Assembly (NCBI GenBank): GCA_951406725.2
Contig: OX597831.1
Coordinates: 49,352,001-49,416,000, forward strand
Length of the DNA: 64,000 nucleotides
Source of the DNA: Octopus vulgaris
Taxonomy: Eukaryota
Reading direction: 5' to 3'
Position numbers and translations under genes: made by a program. The notes under the pieces are model-generated. The model did not search any database. It saw nothing but the letters and a program-made list of their open reading frames with translations, and had not been told where the DNA came from. How positions within the stretch are numbered: the first letter of the stretch is position 1; every line of letters starts with the position of its first letter. Below are positions 1-15,711 of this stretch, one piece after another.

Positions 1-1000
1 ATATGCTGATCAATGGTCAACACTGACCAACTGAGGCCCAAGAGTAACCAGTATCGGTGTCGTTGATTCTGTGGTTAATTCTGTAATACAGCATTATTCT
101 GCTATATTACAGAATTGCAGTTAAGAAGTTTGCTTCGTAATGAAGGTTATGAGTTCGAGCCCTAGAAAATATAGTTCTTCAGTTAAGTGACTTTAATTTT
201 AGCCTCTTGAAATTTGGCAGTCAAACACTATGCGGAAGTCTGTCGTTTTTATGTGTGTGTGCGTGCGTGTCTTCTTGTCAGTGTTTAGTGTAACATTTTG
301 GAATTTTACAGACAAAAAACTGCACAAATCAGTTGTATTTATGTGTGTACATGTCTAAAAATGAGTATTGGTAATGTTATATACTATTACGTAAATTAGC
401 GTAAATTAACGTAAATTAACGATAAATAGACACTGCAAAAATGTACTGGAGGCGATATAATGACAAAAATCTCGGACGCAAAGCACTGACATGGCGCAAC
501 TTAGCGATTGAAACCAGAAGAAAAATGAAAAAAAAACACATCACAGACAACACACTTCTTGTGTAATATGTAGAAGAGGATACATTTAAAACAAATAAGT
601 CTTCATGTTTAAAACAGATATATGCCTCAGCTTGTAAAATGGCATGCCAATGTTGTTGTAGTTAACCCAAGATCAGCTCTGATAGAAAAGATATGTAATC
701 AAAGGGATTCTAGCCTTTCATCATATGCCTTTAACAATCCAACGGTAAGAAAACTCTAACAGTCATCAAACTGTTACAATTTTCTTTTGTATATCTAGAG
801 ATAAAGTAAAGTGTATAAAGTATCTCTTAAACATTTAAGATGATGGAGTGTGACATGAGGAAGATTTGATGGTAATTTTTGTTCAGGTCTGATTGGTTGT
901 ACTTGTATCATTATTAATGTATTCTACTATATCAACCCCACTACGTAGACACTCATATACGTACATATATACAAACACGCAGTCACATATATACACGCAA

Positions 1001-1058
<58 letters not shown>

Positions 1059-1969
1059 TATATATATATAAAGTATACGTATATCTTTATATACACATGT
1101 ATATATGTATACACATATACACACACATACACATACAACACACATACTCACACATACACACACATATATATATAGACGTCGACACATACACGTATACACA
1201 TTCACATATACATATTCGAACAAAAATATATGCGTGCGCATGGATGTATTTCCGTGCACGCTATATTAAAAACATGACTTCGTTACATTTTTATATTTTT
1301 CTGGAAGTATTTTCCTAACTTTCTATGAGTTTCTTGCATTTTATTTGCAAGAGCTTACTTCGCAAATCCATCATCGTCGCTTCTAGACATATTCCCATTT
1401 TCCCGATGCAGAGTTTCTGACGAATATCTATGTCCCTTTAAAGTTGAGAGAGTTAATAATATTGACATAGAAATTTCTGCCGGGTTTTGAAGTTTTGACT
1501 GTTGGTTTTAGACGCCATCAGTCAGTTGTTTATTTTTGGCAAGTAACAAATGTTAGCGGCATTATAAGTATTATTTCCATCAATAATATCCTATTTTCGT
1601 CAGGAAATATTCAGAGTATTGATGTCTTGTACACTGACATTTCCCTGTCCAGTTTTGTTGCATGGAGTATCGCAGTACTCCTTGATCTAAGTGAACGATA
1701 AACAAACAGGTAAGTGTTGCACTTGTACGGAAAACATAGCAGTTTGAATCCTGAAGATTACAACGTTCACGTTTGTTTTCGAGTGAGTTTATGAAACCAT
1801 GTTGGCTATTTGCATGCCAACTCGTTTATTGAGTTTCCATGTTTACATGACTGTAGCTTGTTATAACATTGATAAGAAGATTCATATATCTGTATGTGTG
1901 CGTATGTGTGTGTGTATGTGTGTATGCGTGTGCATGTGTGTGTGTACATGCGTATACATACAAATATAT

Positions 1970-2199
1970 ACCTATTTCTTTACTACCCACAAGGGGCTAA
2001 ACACAGAGGGAACAAACAAGGACAGACATAGGTATTAAGTCGATTACATCGACCCCAGTGCGTAACTGGTGCTTAATTTATCGACCCCGAAAGGATGAAA
2101 AGCAAAGTCGACCTCGGCGGAATTTGAACTCACAACGTAACGCAGACGAAATACCGCTAAGCATTTCGCTCGGCGCGCTAACGATTCTGCCAGCTCGCC
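1970..2199 (-). mobile_element. tRNA-derived SINE family B
   Basis: ggcgagctggcagaatcgttagc..gagttcaaattccgccgaggtcgactttgcttttcatcctttcggggtcgataaattaag (central block resembles the Meta-SINE domain). Further copies near 9060, 21792, 22630, 34888, 35215, 35900, 44410 and 49885. Confidence 0.8.
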
Positions 2200-2597
2200 G
2201 GTTAGATGTGCTCTCGGATAGAACCGGGAAGCTTTACACTATAAACTCCAGTATGTATAATAATGTTATATATAAGGAATTGTTTAAGAACTATGCGCGT
2301 GGAAGGCCAAGCTGGATACAATTAAGCACAATTAATAGTCGTGCACACCAATTAGTCACGAAACTCTAGGCTGATTACAGAACCGAGCATTTTGACCCTC
2401 AAAGCACCAACTTCTTTCTCAAGGACTATCTACATATACATGCGCGCGTGTGTGTATGCATGTGTCTAAATGTGAATTCAGTACACTACATTTCAAGCCA
2501 AAATTAGAAAATGAGACAAGAAAAAAATTCAAGAAGGACTAAATAAATACTAAATTTACTTTTTATCTCATTTTGCTTTTCTCTTCTTTTCAAATGT

Positions 2598-2666
<69 letters not shown>

Positions 2667-4083
2667 ACGCGCATCTTTATGCGTATATATATGTACATAC
2701 AAGTTTTTCATATATATATACCTATATATATTTATATATGCATATATATATATATATACATATATATATGTGTATTATATAGAAATGTATATTTATATAT
2801 GTTTTATGCACACCACCTGTGAGTGTGTGCAAGTATGTGTGTGTTTATAGAACAAGTTTATAGGGCTGAAATTAGAGTACGTTGGAAACATATTGGGCTG
2901 AAAAGTTCTTCTTCAATATAAATTGATAATTAAAAAAAATAAAAGAAAAGCACATATTACAAGAATTTCTTCCAGTCAATAATTATTTTCCATTTGCAAG
3001 AAATATCTCGCTTCCTAAAATGTTCAATTTATATATTTCAGTTCTGCCATGCAGTTGGTTTCTAAAAAGAATGAAATGGTACTATACGCGATTATTGCCA
3101 CTGACTAGATATTTTAAGAATTTTGTAATAAGGAAGCAAGAAAATAAATGAATAGATGTGTTCTATGCATCTGTACCCCTTAATCTTTAATTTCAAATTG
3201 AAGCTTATAATCCTGCCAAATAACATAAAGATATGATTATCGCCTTTTCATCAACCTTCTGCTGGAGAACACTACTTGTCTAAGAAATTCTAAGCTAACT
3301 GTTCAAAATAGCTGATACATATACATAGACATACATAGAGATATATTTATGCGTATATCATAGATAATGAGATACTTAGACATGCACACGCAGAACTCTC
3401 ACTCCCACTCACTCACTCTCTCTCTCTTTCCTTTTTAACACACATCCATACGCATATGTGCATACACGCACATATGTACACACACAGACATACAGACACA
3501 CAGAGGCACACACGCACACATACACGCACACACACACGCACATATACACACACATACACGCATACACACATCGTTTTTGTATCTGGTTTGCAAGGTTCCT
3601 TATGTGAATTCGTGTGTCTAAACAAATTTCGTTGTGTCTGGGGAGAGTCATACTGTCTTAGTATAAAACACTCTCCGGTTCAGTGTCCACTCATTTATTA
3701 AATGAAAAAGCGACGAAAAGGCTTTCTGAAATAGATAAATAGATAAATGAGCGTAAATTGAATCGATGCGTGTGTTATATTAAGGTACTATGACCGTCCC
3801 AAGACACAACAATATATATACATTCATGTGTGACTGGGAATAATTTAACGTGCTGTATATACATAATGTTATATACTTTCCACGCTCTTATATACCACCC
3901 ATAGAAGCGCAATACACATAAGCACCTATGTAAATACACATTTTCTCTCAAACACATACGTTAAGACATACACACAGATGTATGTATTTATGGGTATATA
4001 TGCTCATTTATATGTATATATATTGATACATACATACACCTACATAAATTCATCAAGTAAATGAACCTACGTGAATATTTAAA

Positions 4084-4182
<99 letters not shown>

Positions 4183-4974
4183 TTATGGGTGTATATATAC
4201 ATGGAAAAATACACACATATACATATTTATGTGGTGTTCCTAACGAACAGAGTCGGAAATCCTTTAGTGCATCAAAAAACTATTATTTCTTTTGATGTAT
4301 GTTTAAGAATCGTAGATCAACGTGTCCCTTGAGTTTATATTTTGCTAAGCCATTTTTCTCAATTTTTTTGATTTGGGCTTTTTTTCGAAAATGATTTTAG
4401 ATTTACGCTCAAAAAATGTTGCACATATTTTTTTAAAATGTCATAATCTCGCATGATAAAACATAAATCTGGAAAAAATTTACAAAACAGTCAAAACTAA
4501 AAAGAGGTGAAATCTCTCCGTTTCTCAAAACAAATGAATAATTTTGCCGAACAGTGAGCGGTGTAATCTACGATGCCACAACATGGACATACGAAGAAAT
4601 TACAGTTTTTGGAGCTCTAGAAAAATTTCTACTCTATTCTATATATGCATGCATACAAGTGTGTATGTATCTGCTACATGTGTATAAATATGGTTATATG
4701 TATATTAGTGCTAAGGTGAAGCTAAGTGTGTGGAAGTGGTGATATCGTGTGCATTATGTAGAAATAAAACAAAAAAGATTTAGCAAACTAAAATGCAACT
4801 AAACACTAAAAAGCTATGAAGGAACAACCAACAGTTACCCATGTCACGGTGTCCATGTTACAGAGCTGCTGTGTAGAACAATAGTCACACAGCGGCGGTT
4901 AATGATAAGGTCTGATTGAAGTTTTTGACCATTGAGATCGACAAATTTTGAAGTGGGACAGAAATTAAATAAAC

Positions 4975-5063
<89 letters not shown>

Positions 5064-5348
5064 GCCTATGTATATAGAGTACGATATACATTCATATATA
5101 TGTATATATAACTACATATGTACTTGAAATGCATACATATTATGTATATATATGTCACGTATATCACTACTTATATATATATATATAGAGAGAGAGATTT
5201 ATACACACACACACATATATATATAAATATATATATTGTACGATATACATGTCTATATATGTGTATATACATATGTGTATAAATATGTGCATTTATACAT
5301 ATATGTATTTAAAAATACACATATAAATAATTATATGTATGTACATGC

Positions 5349-5410
<62 letters not shown>

Positions 5411-5535
5411 GTATGCATGTATGTATGTATGTATGTGTGTGTGTGTATGTGTGAATACTGGTATATAAATAGATATAGCTATGGATGGGTGTATTTGTGT
5501 CGTGAATTTGTTGCAGTGTGTACAGAAATTGTGAA

Positions 5536-5588
<53 letters not shown>

Positions 5589-5709
5589 GTATATATGTAT
5601 GTATGTATGTATATATGTCTGTGTGTACTGTGTGGGTGTATATATATATATATATATATATTTAAATAAATATATACATATATATATTTATACATACGTA
5701 CATATGTAC

Positions 5710-5802
<93 letters not shown>

Positions 5803-6013
5803 AGAACAACACAATAGCGGTTGTAGATTTAATAGAATTTTGTTCATAGCCGATGACAAATCCATGGCTGTATAGGATTTCACAGGATGTATCAACAAGC
5901 TGGTGGCACTACTCTATACGCCACCCGAACGTTTTGCAAATGGCGGAATCACCAATTTCGAACTGATATAACACAGGATATGTAAAGAAGTTAGCTGTTA
6001 CGCGTGGATATTA

Positions 6014-6141
<128 letters not shown>

Positions 6142-6197
6142 GCCTGTCTCTCTATCTATCTGCATGCACGTACGTATACACAAACGCAGGAGAATAT

Positions 6198-6242
<45 letters not shown>

Positions 6243-6480
6243 TGTGTGTATGTACTTGTGTAGTTGTGTCTTCGTGTTCATGGCACACATATGTATAACT
6301 GGGGCTGTTGCACAATCATTTATTTGCAGCTATATACATACATATATATTATATCATATATATGTAGAAATTCACACACACACACACACACACACACTCA
6401 TGTTTATATATACACATATATATACATACATGTTCACACGCATACGCACCCGCATACACACACACACATATTCTCTTTCG

Positions 6481-6852
6481 CTTTTCTCTTTTATTTATTT
6501 CAGTCATTTGAATGCGGCCAAGCTGGAGCACCGCCTTTAGTCGAGCAAATCAACCCCAGGACTTATTCTTTGGAAGCCTAGTACTTATTCTATCGGTCTC
6601 TTTTGCCGAACCGCTAAGTTACGGGGACGTAAATACACCACCATCGGTTGTCAAGCGATGTTGGGGGGGATAAACAGAGACACACAAACATATGCACACA
6701 CATACAAATATATATACGACGGGCTTCTTTCAGTTTCCGTCTACCAAATCCACTCACAAGGCTTTGGTCGGCCCGAGGCTATAGTAGTGGGAATGAACCC
6801 GGAACCATGTGGTTGGTAAGCAAGTTACTTACCACACAGCCACTCGTGCGCC
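6481..6852 (-). mobile_element. tRNA-derived SINE family A (CORE-like body, internal microsatellite, LINE-derived tail)
   Basis: A/B-box head, conserved body, tail ggcggtgctccagc..cagtcaaatgactgaaa; more than 12 copies in the window. Confidence 0.85.
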
Positions 6853-6876
6853 TATATATATATATATATATATATA

Positions 6877-7072
6877 GAAAATAGTAAAAACCGGTCTTTC
6901 TTCAAAAACTATGTCATTGTATGAAAACAATTTAAACAATTTATAACATTCTTCAGACATAATGACTCAAATATATATTTTTTAACCTTCTAAAACAAGC
7001 CTTCTGTAGTTTTTTCACTTTTTACTATTTTCTATATATTCAACCACGTGCTTTCACACACCAACTCTCTCA

Positions 7073-7074
<2 letters not shown>
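6877..7074. mobile_element. TA-embedded short element with inverted termini (same family as 39460 and 49561)
   Basis: Shares agaaaatagtaaaaa, ctacagaaggcttg, tgtctgaagaatg and aaccggtc blocks with the other two copies, in opposite orientation. Confidence 0.75.
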
Positions 7075-7125
<51 letters not shown>

Positions 7126-9815
7126 CGCAGCATATGACATTTCCAACGAATTTTGAATACTGTGAGGCTTATAGTAAGTCGAGACATATTTTTCCTGTGC
7201 AGTCGTTAAGTAATGTAAAAAATATGAGTCCATTTGGAACTCGAGGTGAAGCCGTTTCGTCGGTCCTGCGAGAATTAATCTCTTGACCAATATCTTTTAC
7301 GCACAAGCAGAATTTGTTTTTATTATCGACAAATAGATACGGTAAGTAATGAACGGTTTCCGTATTTTTAGTGGTGTAAAACGTTTTACTTGGGAATATA
7401 ACAAAGAGCTATTTGTGTCGAAATAAAATAAAAATCGAAGACTTTTATGGCCAATGTCCCATCTAAATGGTCTCTCTGCTTTTCGATAAAGATATGAATA
7501 AAGACAACTTTTAGTAGTCAGAATTCATGTGTACGGTCATACACACAAGCGTATCCAGACACATGCATTAAGATTTTTCAATTTCTTTTACTACAGAAGT
7601 GCCGATTATTTATTTGTTCACAACTATTAATTCGAAGTTGTTTTAAGTAGCCATGGCCGAAGACTAGTGTGTCTAGTTTTACTGCAGTGCTTCTATTACT
7701 ATTTTAGCCATTGTTACTGTTCTGGATAAATAAATAAAAAATAGCATAATATTTTTGGTTGGAGATAGGGCTTGATCGTAAAATTATACAAGAAGGAAAA
7801 TGAAGCAACATGTAATGTTGCATAAATGTTCCCTGAAGCCATTAGAGACAGAGAGAGAGAGGAAATGAAATGGTTTGAAGTGGGAGAGGAAACCGCGATG
7901 TGAAATAACATCTTGTGCTACTGCGCTTGCTGTTGATAAACAGAATTACTTCAAACGAATATGCACGATACTAATCTAAAATGAAATAATGAAATAATCA
8001 GTCAATTGAATCTACCAAACCATTTAGAATGATACTTGGCAAAGACCCAGTGCATCTATAATCATAGAGTAGTACCCATGAGATTGAAAGTTCCCCATAT
8101 TGATCAATGTGGACACTGAATAATTGATGACTATTCGGCTAGTTTGTAGTATCGAAATCAAACTATCCCAGGAGTGTAAAAGTGGTAGCGAAGAGATGGC
8201 ACTACTATATATTTTCCCTTGAATTATTATACTAATTTGAAATCTGTCGTTCCTTTGTGACACAATAAGTTTCTTACTGTTACTGCCACTTACTTTATCA
8301 CAAAGTCAAACATTTGTAGAATAGAGATATAGTTAACTGAATCAACCATTAGGTCGTATTTTAACGACACCCGGAGGAGAAACACTAAAATCAAATAGGA
8401 TGGGATTTGAATGTTTTTATGTAAGACAATTCTGTGTTTAACTTTGTCCTATTTTTTGATTACATTGGTTACTGCATTAGTTGTATTCTTGTCATGAAAA
8501 AGAGTCAGTGTTGATTTTAGTCGATTTGGTAGGTTCTTTGAAATTCACTTTTACGATTCCGAAGAAGCACACAAAAAAAAAAAGGTAAGTCGAAAATTGG
8601 CAGAAGTTTTATCGAAGTCTTAGTGTGCAAATTAGAAAACAGTGACTAATCTATTACAGCTCGTCACGGCATGTGGTAATTCTACAGACTAATAAATAAA
8701 TATCAATCAATCACTCATTAATCAAGACTTTGTATACATCTGTCAAAGTAAGATAAGCAGAATCAATTAAGTAAAAGTGTTATGACTAGGCCCCTGGATT
8801 TACGATGAAAGTGACACGAACACACATTCCGCTCTCGTTCTCTTCTCACTCACCCGACACAACCTTCCACACACCCACATGCACACATCGTACTTTAGTT
8901 ATTTCGAAATTTATGGAAACGGGAACCATGCTGTAGCGCTCAATTTTCAGCAGACTTTCAAAGCTTATTCTTCTTTGATTATGTTAGTTTTTGCTCCTAC
9001 AAGATGTTATTCTTGTTTTTTTCTCAATTTTTTTTTTGTGAAAAAGGGCAGTGGATAAAAACGGCAGACAAAATAATGCCTTACGCTTTTTGTTCCACTC
9101 CTTTATATTCTAAGTTCAAATCCTACCGAGCTCAACTTTACTTTTCCTTCTACCGAGATCGATAAAATAAAGTACCAGTCAAATACCGGGGTCAACTGAA
9201 CCAACTGAACCAACTGTTCCCATTTTCCAAAATTCCTGAATTTCTGTCATTATTGGACACTACAATATTTTTGTTAAAATTCTTTCGGTTTTACGAACCT
9301 CTCGATTTACTGTTTGTTTTTTATAATTCTATAATATTTTAATATTTGTATTCTTGTTCTTTCAGTAATTATGTTCTTGCGTTTGAAATAAATTGATCAA
9401 AGTTGCTGTAAAAGAGATATATTTTCTAGGCTCAAGAACAACTTTTTTGTAAGAACGAGCACATTGTACATACATACATACATACATACATACATACATA
9501 CATACATACATACATACATACATACATGCATGCATACATACAAACATACATACATATGTATGTGTATATGAATATATATATATATGTGTGTGTAAGTGTG
9601 TATGTATGAGTGTGTTGTGTATGTGTATTTAAACGCACATGTATGTAAGTGGCAAAGTACGAAACTCTCGGCCCATCAGTCACTCTGTAATTCTGCCGAT
9701 TATAAATAAAAACCTGAATATGTATATATATATATATACACATACTTACGCGCGCGTACACACGCACTCACACATACACACGAATATATATATATATACA
9801 TACATACAGATATGT

Positions 9816-9883
<68 letters not shown>

Positions 9884-10382
9884 GTGTATATATGTATCAA
9901 TGTGTCTGTCTACGTGTGAGCGTTGAATATAGAACTTAGCACCTTAAAGGCGGGGTATTTATATGAGTAATACATATTGTATTAGGTGTACTATTGTTTC
10001 GCATATAGCAACTCACCACTGCAATGGCCGACCGGTAATTCACCATCCTGGTGAATTATTAATCAACCAAATACAGCTAAAACTAACCTTGATCGAACAT
10101 GTAGATTAGCTACATAATTGCTTGCGTTTTACATAAATTATCACATGTTTACATGCGATTGTCTTATAGGAATTGGTGTCAAGAAGACATGATTAAGTAT
10201 CCAATTTTTTGCAAATACTGTCTATTTTCAGATGAATGGAAGAAGTTGAAAGCATACAAAATATTGTGTCACACTCGGTGAAACTGCCTGAGGATTAAGG
10301 ATAGATGTTTTTTTTAAATATAATAATCAGTCACAATGTATAATTATATATACATACATACATACATTCATATATATATATG

Positions 10383-10467
<85 letters not shown>

Positions 10468-10650
10468 GTAAATATATATACATATATATATATGTATATA
10501 TATATAAACATATGTATACAAATGAATACATATATATATATGAATATATATATCCGTTTATATAATACATATGCTCGTACCTATGCATATGGATGTAAAT
10601 ATGCATATACATACGTATATATATACATACATATATATACATATACATAC

Positions 10651-10713
<63 letters not shown>

Positions 10714-11515
10714 CATGTGTATATTCACACATACACACACACTCACACAATCGAATGCACACACAACCACTTATATGTACACATACACACATAGATATAC
10801 ATTCACATGTTTATATGCATATGCGTGTTAATGCACTTTAGTTTGACATAATGTCGACATTCATATAGAGATTACTTAGCATTGCTTTCAAAGCTAATCT
10901 TCTACACACACATATACACGCATATTCATAGAAGCAGTTGTGTAAGCATGAACGTATACAGGTGGTATATGCGTGTATGTGAGCACGCAGGTTTGTGTAA
11001 ATGCCGAAATTTTCATGTCTGAATCCGTTTGGATGATGAATCATAATGTCAGGTTAGGTTAAAAGTTACCAAAGCTTGTCAAGACGACCGGAACATTGAT
11101 TTCACAATCCACACAAAATACGATCTATGCACATGTGTATGTCAGTGCTGGCGAATTCGTGTTTACCTTGGAATAATTCCAATGACACAGACATACACGT
11201 TCGCGTAGACGCCGCTCACTGATTCACAGACATGCTCATACATGGATATTTATGCACGTGGGAAGGTATATATATTGTTATACACACATATATTTCGTGT
11301 ATATTTATTCATGATAAAGACAGTCAAGAGATGGACCACAGAATAGTTTCGAGTCGAGTATGAAACAAATTATTTTACTTGGGAAAAGAGAGACAACGGC
11401 ATCAGAGTATCGCCATTTGTTGGTTTCGCCAGAATAATCCAGCAAACAGTAAAACTATGAGGTTTTTTTTACATCATTATACGGTAAATGCACAAGCGCA
11501 CACATATCACCCATC

Positions 11516-11558
<43 letters not shown>

Positions 11559-11669
11559 ACACATGTAAGTATGTATGTATAGTATATATACACTTGTTCA
11601 TATGCACATATACCTTTTTATTGTTTCATTATTTTCGTCCATAGATGGCTAGGTTTATACAACCACGGC

Positions 11670-11780
11670 TATACATACATGCATATATACATACAAGCTT
11701 ACGTACATACATGCATATATACAAATATACATACATATACATGTATGTATGTATTTATTTCACTATACATACATAGATAT

Positions 11781-11847
<67 letters not shown>

Positions 11848-11849
11848 TA

Positions 11850-11901
<52 letters not shown>

Positions 11902-11942
11902 GCATATATATATTTATACATATATATATACGTATACACACG

Positions 11943-12011
<69 letters not shown>

Positions 12012-12170
12012 CACACACACATATACGAATGCATGTGTGTGCGTATGCATATTGAAATGTCGACTAAAGAAAGTTGTGTTATGTATGCGTAATCTTCCAT
12101 AACTACTAGAAATTACATATTAAATGCATTTGGTTTTGTGTTTATTCTGGCATATATATGTTTATATATA

Positions 12171-12209
<39 letters not shown>

Positions 12210-12343
12210 TATATATATATAAATATGTGTATATATATATATGTATATATATATAAGCATATATATCTATATGTGTATTTATATATATATGTATCTGGAC
12301 ATGTATATATATGTATATATGTATATGTATGTATATATGTATA

Positions 12344-12426
<83 letters not shown>

Positions 12427-12714
12427 GCATAGATACACATGTACATACATAGAGTATGCGTAGAATATATATTATCAAATGAATGATTTTGACTTCGTAT
12501 GCTGTTTTTATGTGTGTAGGTATGTATGTGTGTATATATATATATGTAAATATATGTATATATACATATATATATATTATATACATATGTATATATATTC
12601 ATATATATAATATCTATATATCTATATATATATACATATATAAATATATAGATATATGCATTACCTTTTAATATATTCATATATATACACAAGTGTACAT
12701 ATATATATATATAC

Positions 12715-12772
<58 letters not shown>

Positions 12773-12815
12773 GTATGTATATATATGCATTCATTTATGT
12801 TCATATATATAAATA
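11670..12815. repeat. (TA)n-rich compound microsatellite field immediately 3' of the OPR stop codon
   Basis: Directly visible. Similar fields at about 950-1230, 4975-5800, 10340-10810, 20075-20405, 20880-21305, 39270-39460, 56790-57140 and 63695-64000. Confidence 0.95.
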
Positions 12816-12897
12816 TGCGTGTGTTTGACTGTAGTCATCTGTTTGCGTGTGTACATACATATATGTTGTATAGAATATAGGAAAACGAGAATGCATG

Positions 12898-13181
12898 TTA
12901 ACAGGGACTCGATGACATGAGTGCTGTGGTGTTCGTATCATCAACATTAAGCGTCTTCCGAGCCGTACTATTGCTTGCAAACGTGACGTGTTCGGCTCCG
13001 AACGAGGTACGCTTCTTAGCTTCAAGCTCGACAAGGTACGTATTGGTGGTTTGTGTCCAGGTGCGAGGAAAATTTTGACTTTGTTGTCGACACCATACCT
13101 TTCCACTGAAGGCCAGGTAGATCCAGGGATTGGTGCAGCTATTCAGACTTGGAAGCAGTGACAGGATTACCAGCGCAGGAG
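12898..13181 (-). CDS. OPR: Octopressin receptor, terminal coding exon: TM7 and C-tail
   Basis: Acceptor ttcttttcattccaactag|CT. In phase 1 it reads (T)PALVILSLLPSLNSCTNPWIYLAFSGKVWCRQQSQNFPRTWTQTTNTYLVELEAKKRTSFGAEHVTFASNSTARKTLNVDDTNTTALMSSSPC* with the NSCxNPWIY motif; TAA at 12900-12898. 976+284=1260 nt, i.e. 419 aa plus stop. Confidence 0.95.
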
Positions 13182-13551
13182 CTAGTTGGAATGAAAAGAA
13201 AATATATATATAAGCATTTTTTGTGGACTCAATGAAATAACAAAAAGCTTGCTAAAAAACGAGCAATAAATGAAGGAAAATATTTGTTTTTAAAGAATAA
13301 ATTATGAAATACAACCGGGATTTTAAGATAGAAAATTAAAAGTGAAAGCCAAAGAGGTTATATAATGTTTTGTTGGTGGGCGAGTGCGCGAGGTCATGTA
13401 TACAGCTAAATAGATATGTGTACATATATTGCACAATATACGTACTCATGTATATTATATATTTTTACATATACCAATATATATTTGTACAGACAGATGT
13501 ATGTGAATGTGTATGTATGTGTGTGTGTGTGAGTGTGTGTGTATTTCTTTT

Positions 13552-14199
13552 GAAGGTGCATGGCTCAGTATTTAGGGCATCAGGCTCACAAACATGAAAT
13601 AGTGCGTTCGATTCTCGGACCGAGCTGTGTGTTGTGTTCTTCAGCAAGACATTTTATTTCACCTTTCTCCAGTTCCCTAGTTCACTGGTGCCAAGGTGTT
13701 TCGGCCTTTGCCTTTCCCTTGGACAGCATCGGTGGCATGGAGAAGCGAGGCTAAAATGCACGGACGACTGGTGATCTTCTAATCAACAACCTTGCTCGAA
13801 CTTGTACCTTGGAGGGTAACTCTCTAAGTGCAATCCCATGGTCATTCATGACCGAAGGTGTCTTTATATACATACATACATACATACATACATACATACA
13901 TACATACATACATACATACATACATACATACATACACACACATATATATATAAATACATATATAAACATATAAAGAGATATATATTTATTCCCATGGTCA
14001 TTCATGACCGAAGGGAACTTTATATACATACACGCATACATACATGCACACACACATGTATATACATACATATATAAACATATAAACACATAAATACATA
14101 TGTATATGTATATATGTGTAAATACACACACATATAAAGTGTTGTATATTTATTTCCATGGTCATTCATGACCGAAGGGATCTTTACATATCCATACAT

Positions 14200-14254
<55 letters not shown>

Positions 14255-14370
14255 CATATATAATCATATAAACACATACATATGTATATGTATATATGTG
14301 TAAATACACACAAACATATAAAGAGATGTATATTTATTACCATGGTCATTTTATAACCAAAGGGGTATTT
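13552..14370 (+). repeat. SINE C-type copy followed by tandem re-duplications of its tail plus microsatellite
   Basis: ccatggtcattcatgaccgaagg recurs at about 13836, 13992 and 14156, and diverged at 14340. Confidence 0.8.
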
Positions 14371-14571
14371 ATATACATGCTTACATGCATACTTACATGC
14401 ACACACACACACGCACTTGTATATACATACATATATATAAGCATATGAACACATACATACATATATATATGTAGAGATGTGTAAATGCACACATATAAAG
14501 GGATGTATATTTATATATATTGCCTACATCATTACAGTTTAGGAACTTCGAGAATATGTGAAATAATTTGT

Positions 14572-14960
14572 TATTCTTTTAATCCTTTATTTGTTTCAGT
14601 CAATTTAACTGCAGCCATGCTGGAGCACCACCTTCAGTCGAGCAAATCGACTCCAGGACTTATTTCTTGTAAGCCTAGTACTTATTCTATCGATATCTTT
14701 TGCCAAACCGATCAGTTCCGGGGACGTAAACACACCAGCATCGGTTGTCAAGCGATGTTAAGGGGACAAACCTAGACACACAAACATATACATACATACA
14801 TACATACATACATACACACACACACAGACATTCACACACACACACACACACACATATATACATACGACGGGCTTCTTTCAGTTTCCGTCTACCAAATCCA
14901 CTCACAAGGCTTTGGTCGACCAGAGGCTATAGTAGAAGACACTTGCCCAAGGTGCCACGT
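14572..14960 (-). mobile_element. SINE family A, 5'-truncated
   Basis: Homology to the other copies. Confidence 0.82.
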
Positions 14961-14995
14961 TTTATTAATTTTGATTTCAATCTTAAAAAACGAAC

Positions 14996-15070
<75 letters not shown>

Positions 15071-15090
15071 GTCCGTCCGTCCGTCCGTCC

Positions 15091-15138
<48 letters not shown>

Positions 15139-15205
15139 GTATATTCTTTTATGGAAGAGATGGTGTCCTGGCATAAACAAAGAACTTACAAATGAATTAA
15201 TATTT

Positions 15206-15236
<31 letters not shown>

Positions 15237-15711
15237 AGTATATGTTTGTTTGTGTGTAAGTATATGTTTGTTTGTGTGTGTGTGTATGTGTGTATACATG
15301 TATGTATATACAATGAAAAACGAAAAAAAACCTCGTAGCAGTTATAGGTGACTCCTAGTTTAAGGCGAGTGACAATTTCAAGATGTTCACATTGTTAAGA
15401 TGTGCTCTTTTCTTGTTTATTAGCCTGTTATATATATGCCAGTTATAAGCTTATTTTTTTGAAATTATAACTCATCTGTGAAGTACGGTCTTTCACAAGC
15501 TCTAATCCATCAACGCAGATTGTTACCGCATGTGATCGAGCATAGAACAAGCTCTCTTATTCTTAAATGCAACAATACTTAAATGCCAAGTGTCGAATGC
15601 AGCCACATTACGAATGGGATATGAAGTGAAGTGTATGGGCGAATGATAAAGCAGTATACAAGTAAAGAAGTGTATTTTATACGAAAGTGTGTATCATATG
15701 TCAGCAAATAC

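Noticed and set aside
12801-13106. 101-aa ORF MERYGVDNK...
   Set aside because: Off-frame shadow of the true OPR terminal exon.
13836-14370. Repeat-spacer pattern with a palindromic repeat, superficially CRISPR-like
   Set aside because: Eukaryotic context, spacers are related microsatellites over 130 bp, no cas genes, and the repeat is a SINE tail.
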